From an uncultured Verrucomicrobiae bacterium (lineage in GTDB: Bacteria; Verrucomicrobiota; Verrucomicrobiia; Chthoniobacterales; JAFAMB01): a DNA stretch of 64,000 nucleotides. Every line of letters starts with the position of its first letter. Position 1 is the first letter of the stretch. A program made the position numbers and the translations under genes. Positions 19,369 to 29,637 of the stretch are shown here, piece after piece. The notes beneath the pieces were generated by a model that saw only the letters and a program-made list of their open reading frames with translations, was not told where the DNA came from and did not search any database. Where the stretch lies: positions 1,408,001 to 1,472,000 of the forward strand of contig CAVXLD010000001.1 in NCBI GenBank assembly GCA_963762565.1. Direction: 5' to 3'.

Positions 19369-19386
19369 GCAGCAGCAAACCACGGG

Positions 19387-19510
19387 TCCTTCGGAATAGC
19401 CAATCGACAATAGCCGATAGCCAATAGCGAATGGTCCTGATCGGCCCTGTGCGGGGTTTACAGCAGATCGACTTGGCTATTGGCTATCGGCTATCGTTTA
19501 TTCCGAAGGA
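19387..19510. repeat. Inverted ATAGCCA heptamer array pair
   Basis: TCCTTCGGAATAGCCAAT...ATAGCCGATAGCCAA / TTGGCTATTGGCTATCGGCTAT...TATTCCGAAGGA. Confidence 0.85.
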
Positions 19511-19583
19511 GCCTAAGCGACTTCGGATTGACATTCGGGCTCGGGACGTAGAGGTTTGATTACCGTTAACATTCCCCTCAGTT

Positions 19584-20021
19584 ATGTCATCGGCGGATTT
19601 AAATAACGGGAGTCCAGATTTCCGTCATCCGGAAAAGACGGATTCGGTCGACGAGTTGACCCGAGTCTATGGCGGACTTGCACCCCGATTGTTCTTCAGC
19701 CAACTAGTGCAGGACTTTCGCCCCGTTCGCTCGTTGCAACCGGAATTGGAGCGAGCCTCGTTCTTATACTGCCGGATGCGTGGCTATCGTTTATGGCTTT
19801 TGTTCTGGAGCGCTATTTCTATTCTCATACCCACGTTGCCGCTCCTGTGCCTGATTTCACCCGCTGACCTCGGTTTAACCTGGTTCGTTTGCGCGATCTG
19901 TGCCGAAGGACCAGCCGTTTTTATCTTGTGGAAAATCCATCACAAGTGGATCTCCTGCCGGCGTGATTACACCCGCTGGTTGCGCTTGGTACACCGGCGA
20001 GTCGCAGAAGAAGAGGGGTGA
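19584..20021 (+). CDS. Hypothetical two-TM membrane protein
   Basis: 145-aa ATG ORF filling the gap; two hydrophobic segments. Confidence 0.6.
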   Translation: MSSADLNNGSPDFRHPEKTDSVDELTRVYGGLAPRLFFSQLVQDFRPVRSLQPELERASFLYCRMRGYRLWLLFWSAISILIPTLPLLCLISPADLGLTWFVCAICAEGPAVFILWKIHHKWISCRRDYTRWLRLVHRRVAEEEG

Positions 20022-20168
20022 GTTGCGGGCTTCGGGTTGCGAGTTTGCCGGAGCTAGCGGCGCATATAAATCCTATCGATCGGGGTCCTAATGCGCGCCG
20101 AGGCGCCGTGTGGCTTCGGTCAAAACGGCAACGCGTAACCCGCAACTCGTAACCCTTAACCCGCAACC
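20018..20168. repeat. Inverted GTTGCGG/CCGCAAC heptamer array pair
   Basis: GAGTTGCGGGCTTCGGGTTGCGAGTT / AACCCGCAACTCGTAACCCTTAACCCGCAAC. Confidence 0.75.
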
Positions 20169-20169
20169 T

Positions 20170-20652
20170 TCACGGTTTGAGCGGAAACTGTTCTCGATTT
20201 GACGGCCGTACCAGCAACACGGGGCAGGGAGCATGATCAAGCACGAACCGCGCGACGTGCCCTACTGATTTCGGGCCAATCTTATGCTTGTCTTTATACT
20301 CGGCTCGCGGACAAATGATGATTAGGTCGGCGCCCCACTCGGCTGCGGCGTTGACAATCTCGCGTTCCGGTCGCCCCTCGCGTTGCAAAACCTCAGCCCC
20401 AGATAGGTAGCGTAAGCTTTCTTCGATGATTTCCCGGGCCGAAGTTTGTTCTACTTCCACCATTTGATGTTCTCGACGGGGCGGCGGACCAGGCGGCCGA
20501 AAAAACCGCTCGCGAGTATGCTCGATGTCATGATGCGGTCCCTTATCAATCACGTAAATAACACCCAGGGACAATCCGGCCGGCGTGAGCAAGGCCGTCG
20601 CTCTGCCGATCGATTCAAGGTTGGTTCCGTCGAGGCAACAGAGTACGCGCAT
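20170..20652 (-). CDS. Universal stress protein
   Basis: GRPEREIV...ADLII, GHVARFVLDHAPCPVLLVR. Confidence 0.9.
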   Translation of the reverse strand: MRVLCCLDGTNLESIGRATALLTPAGLSLGVIYVIDKGPHHDIEHTRERFFRPPGPPPRREHQMVEVEQTSAREIIEESLRYLSGAEVLQREGRPEREIVNAAAEWGADLIIICPRAEYKDKHKIGPKSVGHVARFVLDHAPCPVLLVRPSNREQFPLKP

Positions 20653-20676
20653 CGCTTCGCTCCTTCTTCTTTTCTG

Positions 20677-21984
20677 CTACAGCAGTAACCAGATAGTGAG
20701 TGCTCCGGCGAGCAACATGATCGGAGTAACTATCACACCGACCTTAAAATAATCGAGACCGGAGACATCGATGCCTTGCCGGCGCAAGATCAGCAACCAT
20801 AAGACGGTGGCCAACGAACCGACAGTGGTGAGATTTGGTCCGAGATCGCAACCAAACATCGTGGCGGCGAGGAATCCATGTTGAACGGCCACCGGTGCAT
20901 GTTGAATACTTCCCAAAGCGGAACTCATCATCACCGCCATCGGGATATTGTTGATTAGGTTCGTGCCCAGCGCCGCTCCGGCTGTCCCTACCATCACCGC
21001 CCCAAAACTGTTTCCTCCTGAAAGCTGTAATAGCCAATTGCCGAAGCCGGCGGCGAGTCCGGTATCTTCGATCGCCCGGATCACAATGGACATGCCGGCG
21101 ATGAACCCGAAGATAGACCAAGAGATCCGTTTGCCGGTCTCGCGCAGCGTACTCTGTTTCCAGCTGAGCGCTCCCACTAGTAACAAAAAAGCGGCTCCGC
21201 CCGCGACCAGTGAGAGGGGAATCCGTGCGGCCGACGCCAGCACGTATGCCACCGCGACACCGATCAAAACCAAACAAGTGTACCGAAAATAGGCGCGATG
21301 TTTGATCGTTTCATTAGCCGAGGGCAAACGCTCGGCCTTGAACTGTCCCTGGAGCTCGTCGCGATAAAGCAGAAAGAAAATCCCGATATTAATTCCGATG
21401 ACAACCAGACTCGGCAGCAGCAACAAGCGTAAGAAGGTTAAAAGATCGAGAGGAAAATGGGACAGGATAATAATATTGATGGGATTACTGACCGGTAACA
21501 AAAACGAGGCGGTATCAGCGATGAAGGTACAAGCAAACAGATAAGGTAAAATCGGCAGGCGCAGTTTCGTGACCAGGACATAGACAACCGGGGTTAGGAT
21601 CAAAGCGGTTGCATCGTTGGACAGGATCATTGAGATCAAGGTCCCTAGGAGGAAGATGTTCAGGAACAACCGCCGGGCACTTTGCTGGGCCAGGCGCGCC
21701 GCTTGAACTGCCAGCCAATCAAAGAGACCGGCTGCCTCCGCCAAGGCGGACAAGCTCATCATGCCGAGAAAGAAGAGGAAGGTGTTCCAGTCCCGGCAGA
21801 GAGTAAAAAAGGCATCGGCCGGGCTGATAAGGCCGAGTAAGAGCAGCAGACTCGCCCCACCCATCGCGATTGTCGCCTCATTCCAGCGGAACGGACGCGT
21901 CATGATGCCAATCAACGTTAGTCCGCCCACGAATGACGCGATTATTGTCTTCGTGAGCTCAGGTACCGAAATAAACTGGAACAA
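20677..21984 (-). CDS. ArsB/NhaD family ion transporter
   Basis: SNDATALILTP, SFLLPVSNPIN, NNIP, GPNLT.VGSLAT..W motifs. Confidence 0.85.
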   Translation of the reverse strand: MFQFISVPELTKTIIASFVGGLTLIGIMTRPFRWNEATIAMGGASLLLLLGLISPADAFFTLCRDWNTFLFFLGMMSLSALAEAAGLFDWLAVQAARLAQQSARRLFLNIFLLGTLISMILSNDATALILTPVVYVLVTKLRLPILPYLFACTFIADTASFLLPVSNPINIIILSHFPLDLLTFLRLLLLPSLVVIGINIGIFFLLYRDELQGQFKAERLPSANETIKHRAYFRYTCLVLIGVAVAYVLASAARIPLSLVAGGAAFLLLVGALSWKQSTLRETGKRISWSIFGFIAGMSIVIRAIEDTGLAAGFGNWLLQLSGGNSFGAVMVGTAGAALGTNLINNIPMAVMMSSALGSIQHAPVAVQHGFLAATMFGCDLGPNLTTVGSLATVLWLLILRRQGIDVSGLDYFKVGVIVTPIMLLAGALTIWLLL

Positions 21985-22062
21985 CCGAATCCTTTCTGAT
22001 GGCGGTCACGAAAAACAGCAAGCTTGATTGCGGGTGGCGGCTCGTCAATGCATTTGTGAACA

Positions 22063-23043
22063 ATGCAGGCTGACCACATGCAACTCCCGATCCGCGAGTT
22101 TGTGCGGCGTGATTTCGTCCAACTCTCTCAGAACATGCGGGTCAGCGAAGCGTTAGACTTCATTCGAGATTACCGTTCACCGGGACAATCGTTGATCTAT
22201 TTCTATGTGGTCGATGAGGCATCCCGCCTCGTTGGGGTACTGCAAACGCGCGCGCTGCTCACATCGCAACCGGACGAGTCTCTCGCCGATGTGATGATCC
22301 GGCAAGTCATCGCGATTCCAGAAAGCGCCACCGTGCTCGAGGCCTGCGAATTTTTTGTCCTGCACAAATTTTTGGCGTTTCCGATTGTCGATCGAGAACG
22401 GCGGCTCAAGGGCGTCGTCGACATTAACTTGTTTAACGAGGAAGTCTTCGGAATCCCCGAGACAGAGAGGAGCGATGACCTATTCCAGGCGATCGGCTTT
22501 CACATCGCTCAAGCGCGATCGGCCTCACCGTTACAGGTGTTCCGCTTTCGTTTCCCATGGTTACTGGTCACAATCGCTGGAGGAACGGTGTGCGCCTTTG
22601 TTGCGCAGGCGCACGAGAAGACGCTCCAACACACGTTAGTAGTGGCCTTTTTCATGACCCTCATATTATCAATGGGAGAAAGTGTAGCGGTGCAATCCTT
22701 GGCCCTCGTTTTGGAAACGTTAAGGCTGCGAAATGTTACACCAATGTGGTTCTTCAACACGTGCAAACGGGAGGTAGTAACCGCGATGCCTCTCGCGGCC
22801 GCCACCGGTATTGTGGTGTTTATCGTCGTCTTGATAGTGGACCATGCGCTTTGGCCTGCGACCGTCATCAGCGCAAGCTTGGCAATCGGGGTGGGCGCCT
22901 CCTGTTTACTCGGCATCAGTATCCCGACCTTGTTACGCGTGGCGAAGCTCGATCCTACCATCGCCGCCGGCCCGATCACCTTGGCGGCGACGGATGTTGC
23001 GGTGTTGCTGATTTATCTGGGGATTACTGGAGTGCTGTTGTAG
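22063..23043 (+). CDS. mgtE: MgtE-type magnesium transporter
   Basis: CBS pair followed by RFPWL and DPTIAAGPITLAATD membrane domain. Confidence 0.85.
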   Translation: MQADHMQLPIREFVRRDFVQLSQNMRVSEALDFIRDYRSPGQSLIYFYVVDEASRLVGVLQTRALLTSQPDESLADVMIRQVIAIPESATVLEACEFFVLHKFLAFPIVDRERRLKGVVDINLFNEEVFGIPETERSDDLFQAIGFHIAQARSASPLQVFRFRFPWLLVTIAGGTVCAFVAQAHEKTLQHTLVVAFFMTLILSMGESVAVQSLALVLETLRLRNVTPMWFFNTCKREVVTAMPLAAATGIVVFIVVLIVDHALWPATVISASLAIGVGASCLLGISIPTLLRVAKLDPTIAAGPITLAATDVAVLLIYLGITGVLL

Positions 23044-23073
23044 CGGGAAGGCGAGGCCGGGCTCGGACCGATG

Positions 23074-23232
23074 AGTGGACGGACTGGACACAGTGGACGG
23101 GAGTGGACCGGGTGGACGTAGTGGACACCGTAAGCGGCGTGCACGGATCATTTGGGCGAGACGCGAAACGTCCACTCCCGTCCACTGTGTCCACCACGTC
23201 CACTTAGTCCACTTAGTCCACTTTCGTCCACT
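23074..23232. repeat. Inverted GTGGAC ~9-mer array pair
   Basis: Six (G/C)TGGAC units facing seven GTCCAC units. Confidence 0.88.
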
Positions 23233-23279
23233 CTGGATTTATTTTGGATGAGGGACGATTCCTGGCCTATTTGTGCACC

Positions 23280-24131
23280 ATGGCTTCGGATACAAAGACT
23301 TCTCGCGCGTGGTTCATTACCGGCTCGTCAACCGGCTTCGGCAGGGTATTAGCAGAGATGCTTTTGAAACGGGGCGAGCGCGTGGCCGTGACGGCACGTA
23401 ACCCCGATCAGATTCAGGACCTGGTTGGCTGCTACAAGGACAGGGGATTGGCGCTGGCGTTAGACGTGAACCAGCCAAAGCAAGTCGCATCGTCGGTTGC
23501 TGCCGCCGAAAAGTTTTTCGGTCAAATTGATGTGTTGGTTAATAACGCTGGGTACGGTTATCTGGCCGCAGTCGAAGAGGGCGAAGCAGACGAAGTACGC
23601 GCCATGTTTGAGACCAATTTTTTCGGCTTGGTAGCGGTCACAAAAGCCGTACTGCCCGGGATGAGAGCTCGGGGCGCTGGGCACATTGTGAATATCAGTT
23701 CTATCGGTGGCCTGGTGGCGAATCCAAGCGTCGGCTATTACGCAGCCACTAAGTTTGCCGTTGAAGGTCTATCGGAGGCTCTAGCCAAAGAAGTAGAACC
23801 TTTGGGTATTCGGGTAACCGCCATTGAGCCTGGCCCTTTCCGCACAGATTGGGCAGGCCGCTCGTTGAAAGTGGCCAAAGGGTCGATACCCGAGTATGTG
23901 GGTACCGCTGGCGCGCGTAGCCGTGAGATCGCGGAGCGTAGCGGGAAACAGCCTGGTGATCCGGTTCGGGCTGCCGAAGCAATCATCACGATCGTTGAGG
24001 CTGACCAACCGCCGCGCAATCTCTTTTTGGGTAAGAGAGCCGTGGACATGGCCCGAGAGAAGCTAACCTATCTTTCCGGGACTATCGAACAATGGGAGGA
24101 ATTGTCGTTGGGAACCGATTTCCCTGACTGA
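23280..24131 (+). CDS. SDR family oxidoreductase
   Basis: TGSSTGFG, NNAG and YAATK motifs; ATG at 23280. Confidence 0.92.
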   Translation: MASDTKTSRAWFITGSSTGFGRVLAEMLLKRGERVAVTARNPDQIQDLVGCYKDRGLALALDVNQPKQVASSVAAAEKFFGQIDVLVNNAGYGYLAAVEEGEADEVRAMFETNFFGLVAVTKAVLPGMRARGAGHIVNISSIGGLVANPSVGYYAATKFAVEGLSEALAKEVEPLGIRVTAIEPGPFRTDWAGRSLKVAKGSIPEYVGTAGARSREIAERSGKQPGDPVRAAEAIITIVEADQPPRNLFLGKRAVDMAREKLTYLSGTIEQWEELSLGTDFPD

Positions 24132-24147
24132 GAACCGTGTCTTCGTC

Positions 24148-24816
24148 GTGAGCACCGTCCGCTTTGCAAAGGTTGTTGAGGCTTGCGGGAAACCGGACAT
24201 TCATTTGCTGCTGATCGACCCCGCCAAAGACAAGACGTTGCAGGCGGCGATTAAGACGGATCGAGTCATGACGCTCTATCAAGAGTCCGGCGGTACCGAT
24301 CATGGTGTCGTCGGCTTTGAACAGGGACGATCCCGTCAGTTTCTTGTATTCCCAAAACCGTTGAAACCGTTCTTGGGTCAACGCATCGTCGGGATCAAAT
24401 ACGAGCTACTCGAGGACGCTCCCGCTCCGAAAAAGGAACCAATCAGAAAAGAACCGGTTAAGCCATCAGCGGAAGAACCGGGCGAGGCGGCGTCGACCAC
24501 GAAGGGCATTGAGTCTGCAAAGCAGACTGATCGGCAGATTCCGACCGTAATGCCTAATCCCGGCGCTGCTAAACCAGGCAAGAAAGGGCCGCCCGAAGAA
24601 AAGAAAGCAGATCAGCAACCCGGGAAATCGCCCTCGGAAGATAAAGTCGTTAAATTCGAAGCTCCTGAACCCGAGAAGCAACCGGCCCCCGAAAGCGACG
24701 AAGTCAAAGAAATCAAACGCCGGGTGCGGGCAGCGATGGAAGCCCTGGAAAAGGGAAAACAAGTCGCCGCTTTCAATGTTCTAAAAAGCATTCTGGAGTC
24801 GGGCACGAAGCATTAG
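24148..24816 (+). CDS. Hypothetical protein with Lys/Pro/Glu-rich linker
   Basis: 222-aa ORF directly downstream of the SDR gene. Confidence 0.65.
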   Translation: MSTVRFAKVVEACGKPDIHLLLIDPAKDKTLQAAIKTDRVMTLYQESGGTDHGVVGFEQGRSRQFLVFPKPLKPFLGQRIVGIKYELLEDAPAPKKEPIRKEPVKPSAEEPGEAASTTKGIESAKQTDRQIPTVMPNPGAAKPGKKGPPEEKKADQQPGKSPSEDKVVKFEAPEPEKQPAPESDEVKEIKRRVRAAMEALEKGKQVAAFNVLKSILESGTKH

Positions 24817-24817
24817 A

Positions 24818-24943
24818 AGGAGTTCAGGAGTTGCAGGAGTTCAGGACCCTCCATCGTAGGTACTCGGTTCTCACGTTCCTGGTTCACGGGGCCTTTGTGC
24901 TTGCAATTCTGGGATCGCCCCCAGGCTGAACTCCTGAACTCCT
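24818..24943. repeat. Inverted AGGAGTTC 8/9-mer array pair
   Basis: AGGAGTTCAGGAGTTGCAGGAGTTCAGG / CTGAACTCCTGAACTCCT, between convergent genes. Confidence 0.8.
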
Positions 24944-24946
24944 CGT

Positions 24947-26137
24947 TCACTTCTCTGGCGTTGCTTGCATCGCGGTCACAAATTCATCGATAAACCGCTT
25001 CACATCGACGTCTTGGACGACGTTGACCTTTCGTTCGCCTAGATGCGGAGCAACCTGATCCGACCAGATTCGGGCGGCGCCGTATGCTGGGCCATGGCTC
25101 AGATCGACGTCCATTGTCACCGCGGTTTGTTTCGTGACCAAGGTCGGATCAACAAAGATACCAACAGTTAGTTCGTCCCACAAAGGCACACCTTTTTCTG
25201 CATACCTGGCGATGTATTCGGTTAGCGGTGTCTTCTTTTCGGCGATCCTTTTAACCAGTTCGTCGCTGAACATCGTTTCGTTAGTAACATCACCAACTGC
25301 CGTAATTGCCGGCCAATCTGCGGCCAGCACAATTTCCGCAGCCTCTGGATCGAACAGTAAGTTAAAGTCGGAGCCGAAATCAGGATTGCCGGTTGCCTTA
25401 GAAATGCCGCCGATCAGGCCTCCCATAAAGATTAGTTCTTTCGCTAGTGAAGCGAACTCCGGATCGAGCCGGATCGCCAATGCCAGGTTGGTGAGCGGTC
25501 CCGCCGCGACAATGGTGACTTGATGCGGGTACTGGTGAACTTGCCGGATCAGAAAACTTGCCGCGATTTCGTTGGCTGCCTTAGTCGACGGCTCACCCTC
25601 ATCGAGATGCGGTACCTCGAAAGGACCGTGAGGTTTATAGTCAGGAAATAGTCCTTCTTTTGGATCATTCCAAGCGCCTTTCCAGGGAATAATTCCGAAT
25701 GATTTCTCCCAAGCATGTTCCTTGGTTTTTGTGTTCACCAAAGGGAAAACTGCACCTGGAACCACCGGAACGTCGGTCCGGCCCAAAATCTCCAAGAACC
25801 TTAGCGTGTGAGCTACTTCTTCATCCCTCCAACCATCACCGGTGACCACTGTCAGACCGAGTGGTTTGATGTCGGGACTGTTTAATAGGAGCGCGGCCGC
25901 CTGGAGATTAGTGCTGGCTGGACCGAAAAAGTCGTTGTCGAAAATCACCAACCGTGGAGCTTGAGCTCCGCCAACTGTCTGCGCCTGCAGCAGCGCGGCG
26001 GACCAGAAGCCAGCCAGTAAAGCAGTTTGGGCCCAGCGCGAAATAAGTTTGAGAGCCCGCCCTCGTATTCTGGCCTCCTCTTGGTTGGCCTCGACGGCCA
26101 TCGCGGCAGGTTTCTTTCCCTGTGATACCGTTTGCAT
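24947..26137 (-). CDS. Nucleoside hydrolase (IU-NH family), probably exported; start uncertain
   Basis: IFDND, GPLTNLA, MGG, FNLLFDPEAA and LWD motifs; signal-like segment ending AALLQA. Confidence 0.85.
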   Translation of the reverse strand: MQTVSQGKKPAAMAVEANQEEARIRGRALKLISRWAQTALLAGFWSAALLQAQTVGGAQAPRLVIFDNDFFGPASTNLQAAALLLNSPDIKPLGLTVVTGDGWRDEEVAHTLRFLEILGRTDVPVVPGAVFPLVNTKTKEHAWEKSFGIIPWKGAWNDPKEGLFPDYKPHGPFEVPHLDEGEPSTKAANEIAASFLIRQVHQYPHQVTIVAAGPLTNLALAIRLDPEFASLAKELIFMGGLIGGISKATGNPDFGSDFNLLFDPEAAEIVLAADWPAITAVGDVTNETMFSDELVKRIAEKKTPLTEYIARYAEKGVPLWDELTVGIFVDPTLVTKQTAVTMDVDLSHGPAYGAARIWSDQVAPHLGERKVNVVQDVDVKRFIDEFVTAMQATPEK

Positions 26138-26210
26138 AGAAGCTTTGATCCAGAGCAGTAATCAGGCGAGATTGGCGTAAGGACCGTTCCAACCTGGTCA
26201 CAGGGACAAA

Positions 26211-27557
26211 ATGAACGACGTTTTTATTTGTGACGCAATACGAACCCCATTCGGCCGTTATGGCGGAGTCTTAGCGTCTATTCGAGCCGATGATCTAGCC
26301 GCCATTCCGATCCGCGCACTGATCGAACGAAACTCGACCGTCGATTGGTCGGCGGTCGACGATGTGATCTTCGGGTGTACCAATCAAGCGGGTGAAGATA
26401 ACCGCAATGTCGCGAGAATGGCTCTTTTGTTGGCTGGGTTACCAGAGACAGTACCTGGAACAACGGTTAACCGTCTTTGCGGTTCGAGCTTGGACGCCAT
26501 CGCCACCGCGGCCCGAGCGATTAAATCCGGAGAAGCGGATCTGATCATTGCAGGTGGTGTCGAAAGCATGTCACGCGCACCGTTTGTGTTGGCGAAATCC
26601 GAGACCGCTTTCAGCCGCACAGCAGAAATCTACGATACCACGATTGGTTGGCGGTTCGTGAACCCACGGATGCAGAAGCTTTACGGGATCGATTCGATGC
26701 CTGAGACCGCCGAAAACGTGGCGGAACAATTCCGGATTAATCGAGAAGATCAGGATGCGTTCGCATTGCGCAGCCATCAACGTTGGGCAGCCGCTAACAA
26801 AACCGGCTTTTTCGCCCGCCAAGTGGTTCCGGTCGAAGTCCCCCAAAAAAAGGGTGAGCCGCAAATTGTCACTACCGATGAACATCCAAGACCGAATACA
26901 ACCTTGGAGGCATTATCCAGGCTCCGGACGGTGGTGAAGCCCAGCGGTACAGTTACTGCCGGGAACGCCTCGGGCATCAATGACGGAGCCGGCGCGGTTT
27001 TACTTGTATCCGAACGCGCTTTGATCAAATACCGATTAACCCCGCGCGCTCGGGTAGTTGGTGCAGCGGCGGCTGGGATTGAGCCGAGAATCATGGGGAT
27101 GGCGCCTGTCCCCGCAACCCGGAAAGTGCTGACGATGGCTAACCTGGAGCTCTCGGAAATGGATGTTATCGAATTAAATGAAGCTTTCGCTGCCCAAGCC
27201 TTGGCGGTACTCCGCGAACTAGGTTTACCCGATGACGCTCCTCACCTTAATCCGAATGGTGGCGCTATCGCCATCGGGCATCCATTGGGAGCCAGCGGTG
27301 CCCGTTTAGCAACTGCGGCGGTAAACCAACTCGAGGTTATCAGCGGGCGATACGCACTTTGCACAATGTGCATCGGTGTTGGCCAAGGAATCGCCATGAT
27401 CCTCGAAAACTGTGTTGGCTTCGTCGAAGATGTCTTGGAAGAAGACGCCGAACACGAGTTGGAACCCGACGAGGAGGATTTGTTGGAGATTCCGGCGGCG
27501 GAGCGAGGAGGAGCGCTGGTTAGTAAGGCGGAGACGCCGGTTAAAGGTGAAAAGTGA
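26211..27557 (+). CDS. pcaF: 3-oxoadipyl-CoA thiolase (PcaF/PaaJ type) with acidic C-terminal tail
   Basis: NQAGEDNRNVAR, NRLCGS, NEAFA, GHPLGASG and CIGVGQG motifs. Confidence 0.85.
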   Translation: MNDVFICDAIRTPFGRYGGVLASIRADDLAAIPIRALIERNSTVDWSAVDDVIFGCTNQAGEDNRNVARMALLLAGLPETVPGTTVNRLCGSSLDAIATAARAIKSGEADLIIAGGVESMSRAPFVLAKSETAFSRTAEIYDTTIGWRFVNPRMQKLYGIDSMPETAENVAEQFRINREDQDAFALRSHQRWAAANKTGFFARQVVPVEVPQKKGEPQIVTTDEHPRPNTTLEALSRLRTVVKPSGTVTAGNASGINDGAGAVLLVSERALIKYRLTPRARVVGAAAAGIEPRIMGMAPVPATRKVLTMANLELSEMDVIELNEAFAAQALAVLRELGLPDDAPHLNPNGGAIAIGHPLGASGARLATAAVNQLEVISGRYALCTMCIGVGQGIAMILENCVGFVEDVLEEDAEHELEPDEEDLLEIPAAERGGALVSKAETPVKGEK

Positions 27558-27565
27558 AAGGCTCA

Positions 27566-27852
27566 GGGTTGGTGGGGCGAGGCTCCGGAACCGCCGCTGG
27601 TGTTTGCGAAGCTATTCGCGGACCGCGACGGCAGGGTGAGCAAGGCCGATTCGCTGCCGAGCCGGGCCCAGCGCTGTGCAGCTTAAACCTTGGCTGGCTG
27701 AAGTGAGTTTTGGGTCGGTCGAACGTCTTTAGGGGTGGCAAACTATGGGCCCGGCTCGGCAATGTGTCGGCCCGGTGTGCAACAATCTCGGCCGAACGCG
27801 AGTCGCCTTGTGCGCGCTCCTCGGCCGTTCCGGAGCCTCGCCCCACCAACCC
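27566..27852. mobile_element. REPIN/MITE-like element, family A, nested inside GTGAAAG/CTTTCAC heptamer arms (27543-27874)
   Basis: GGGTTGGTGGGGCGAGGCTCCGGAAC ... GTTCCGGAGCCTCGCCCCACCAACCC. Confidence 0.82.
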
Positions 27853-27981
27853 CGGGCACCCTTTCACCTTTCACGGTCTTCTCCCAACGTTGACAGAACC
27901 GCCCTATCAGCTTTGGTATTAATCACACCATAATGATACCAAAAACGCGTCGGATCAGGAAGAGGGAGCGCAGGGACCGGG

Positions 27982-29415
27982 ATGTCTGATTGTGTTGAGA
28001 ACGTTCTCGACGCGAGGGAACCGGACCGCAGTCGTTCAAACTTAACTGCATTCATTGTTTGTCTGGGGTGCGTGGTCGTTCTGCTCGACATTTCGATCGT
28101 CAATGTCGCGCTGAGACCAATAGCCTCGGGTCTGGGCGGCAGACTCAGCGATCTTCAGTGGATTGTCGATGCCTATACAGTCGCCTTTGCCAGCTTTCTT
28201 CTCAGCGCCGGCACCGCCGGAGATCGCTTCGGAAACAAAAAGGTTTTTGCAGTCGGATTTCTTTTATTCACGATCGCCTCAGTCGTTTGTGGCGCCGCCG
28301 GCAGCCTGCCGGCATTGATCGGCGCCCGCATCCTCCAAGGGATCGGCGCATCGCTGATTATCCCCTGTTCGCTGACACTGTTGAATCATGCATACGATGA
28401 TCCAGCCCAACGAGCGAAGGCGTTCGGCTGGTGGGCGGGGAGCGGTGGAGCTTCAGTCGCTGCCGGTCCAGTCATCGGTGGTTTTCTTGTACACAGTTTT
28501 GGTTGGCGCAGTATTTTTTATGTCAACGTTCCAATCGGTTTAGCTGCGCTTTTCTTGACCTGTAGCTACATTCAGAATGAGCAGCCGCGTCTTGGGCAAC
28601 GAATCGATTGGCCGGGGCAGCTGGTCAGTCTATTTGCGCTCGCTTCGCTCACCACAGTTCTGATCGAAGGAACCAATTGGGGATGGCTTTCTCCAGGAAT
28701 CATAACTTTAAGTGCTGCTTTCGTTGGATTAGCTCTCCTATTTTTTGCGGTCGAGAAGCGACAATCCCACCCGATGTTGCCGTTAACCCTTTTTCAATCC
28801 ACACAATTCACCGTTTCGACCTTCCTCGGCCTTCTCCTGAGTTTCTCGTTTTACGGACTGATCTTTACGCTCAGTATTTATTTCCAACAGGCTCGTCACT
28901 TAACCCCTTTGGAGACAGGATTCGCTTTCTTACCGGTTACAGGGTTGCTCACGGTGATGAACGTTTTTGCTGGCAGACTCGGCGTATGGCGCGGAATGCG
29001 GTTTCCGATTGTGGTCGGGTTTATCGTCGGCGGGATAGGCTTTTTCTGGCTCGCATTTGCCACCGACGCCACCACCGCCTACTCGGGCTTACTTCTCCCA
29101 TTGCTATGCGTTGGCGCTGGGGTACCGCTTATCTTACCGCCTCTGACCACGGTCGTATTGGCATCGGTTGATCGGTCTCAAGTAGGTCTGGCCTCGGCAA
29201 CGTTAAACACCGGACGCCAGATTGGCGCAGCCGCCGGCGTAGCGATGCTCGGTTCATTGCTCACAGCTGCACCCGGCCTGGTTGCCGGTTTTCGCTGGGG
29301 CATGATCATCTCCAGCATTATCTACCTGGTTGGCGCCTTGGTGACCCTCCGCTATTTGCCCCACAACCCGACTTTGCAGAGCGAAGACAACAGACTAAAT
29401 CCAACCGCAGATTGA
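27982..29415 (+). CDS. MFS transporter, DHA2 (14-TM) type
   Basis: LDISIVNVAL, QWIVDAY, GDRFGNK, GPVIGG and WRSIFYVNVP motifs. Confidence 0.92.
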   Translation: MSDCVENVLDAREPDRSRSNLTAFIVCLGCVVVLLDISIVNVALRPIASGLGGRLSDLQWIVDAYTVAFASFLLSAGTAGDRFGNKKVFAVGFLLFTIASVVCGAAGSLPALIGARILQGIGASLIIPCSLTLLNHAYDDPAQRAKAFGWWAGSGGASVAAGPVIGGFLVHSFGWRSIFYVNVPIGLAALFLTCSYIQNEQPRLGQRIDWPGQLVSLFALASLTTVLIEGTNWGWLSPGIITLSAAFVGLALLFFAVEKRQSHPMLPLTLFQSTQFTVSTFLGLLLSFSFYGLIFTLSIYFQQARHLTPLETGFAFLPVTGLLTVMNVFAGRLGVWRGMRFPIVVGFIVGGIGFFWLAFATDATTAYSGLLLPLLCVGAGVPLILPPLTTVVLASVDRSQVGLASATLNTGRQIGAAAGVAMLGSLLTAAPGLVAGFRWGMIISSIIYLVGALVTLRYLPHNPTLQSEDNRLNPTAD

Positions 29416-29624
29416 CGCAGATTAACGCAGATTAGCGAGCGGCAAAAAAACAACCGCGAATGGACGCTAGTTATTCTAAACACAACCTTCATGCCGGAAC
29501 CGTTTAGTACTTTTCCCACCGGCGCTTAGATCCGCCCAAAACCGAAATCTGCGTAATCTGCGGATCATTCCATCTGCAGCTGGCCCGCCATAGCTTTAGC
29601 GACGGCTGGTTCATCTGCGGTTGG
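29397..29624. repeat. CGCAGAT / CGAAT decamer arms (GxxExxY-type) with a hairpin insert
   Basis: CCAACCGCAGATTGACGCAGATTAACGCAGAT, AACCGCGAATGGACGC ... ATCTGCGTAATCTGCGG ... ATCTGCGGTTGG. Confidence 0.85.
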
Positions 29625-29637
29625 TCTGTTACCGGTT

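Noticed and set aside
19528..19556. TTGACA hexamers at 19528, 38371 and 41539 as promoters
   Set aside because: No convincing -10 element at 16-18 nt spacing
23074..23232. Possible CRISPR array among the short repeats
   Set aside because: Units are 6-10 nt and contiguous or inverted, with no 25-45-nt repeat/unique-spacer periodicity and no cas genes
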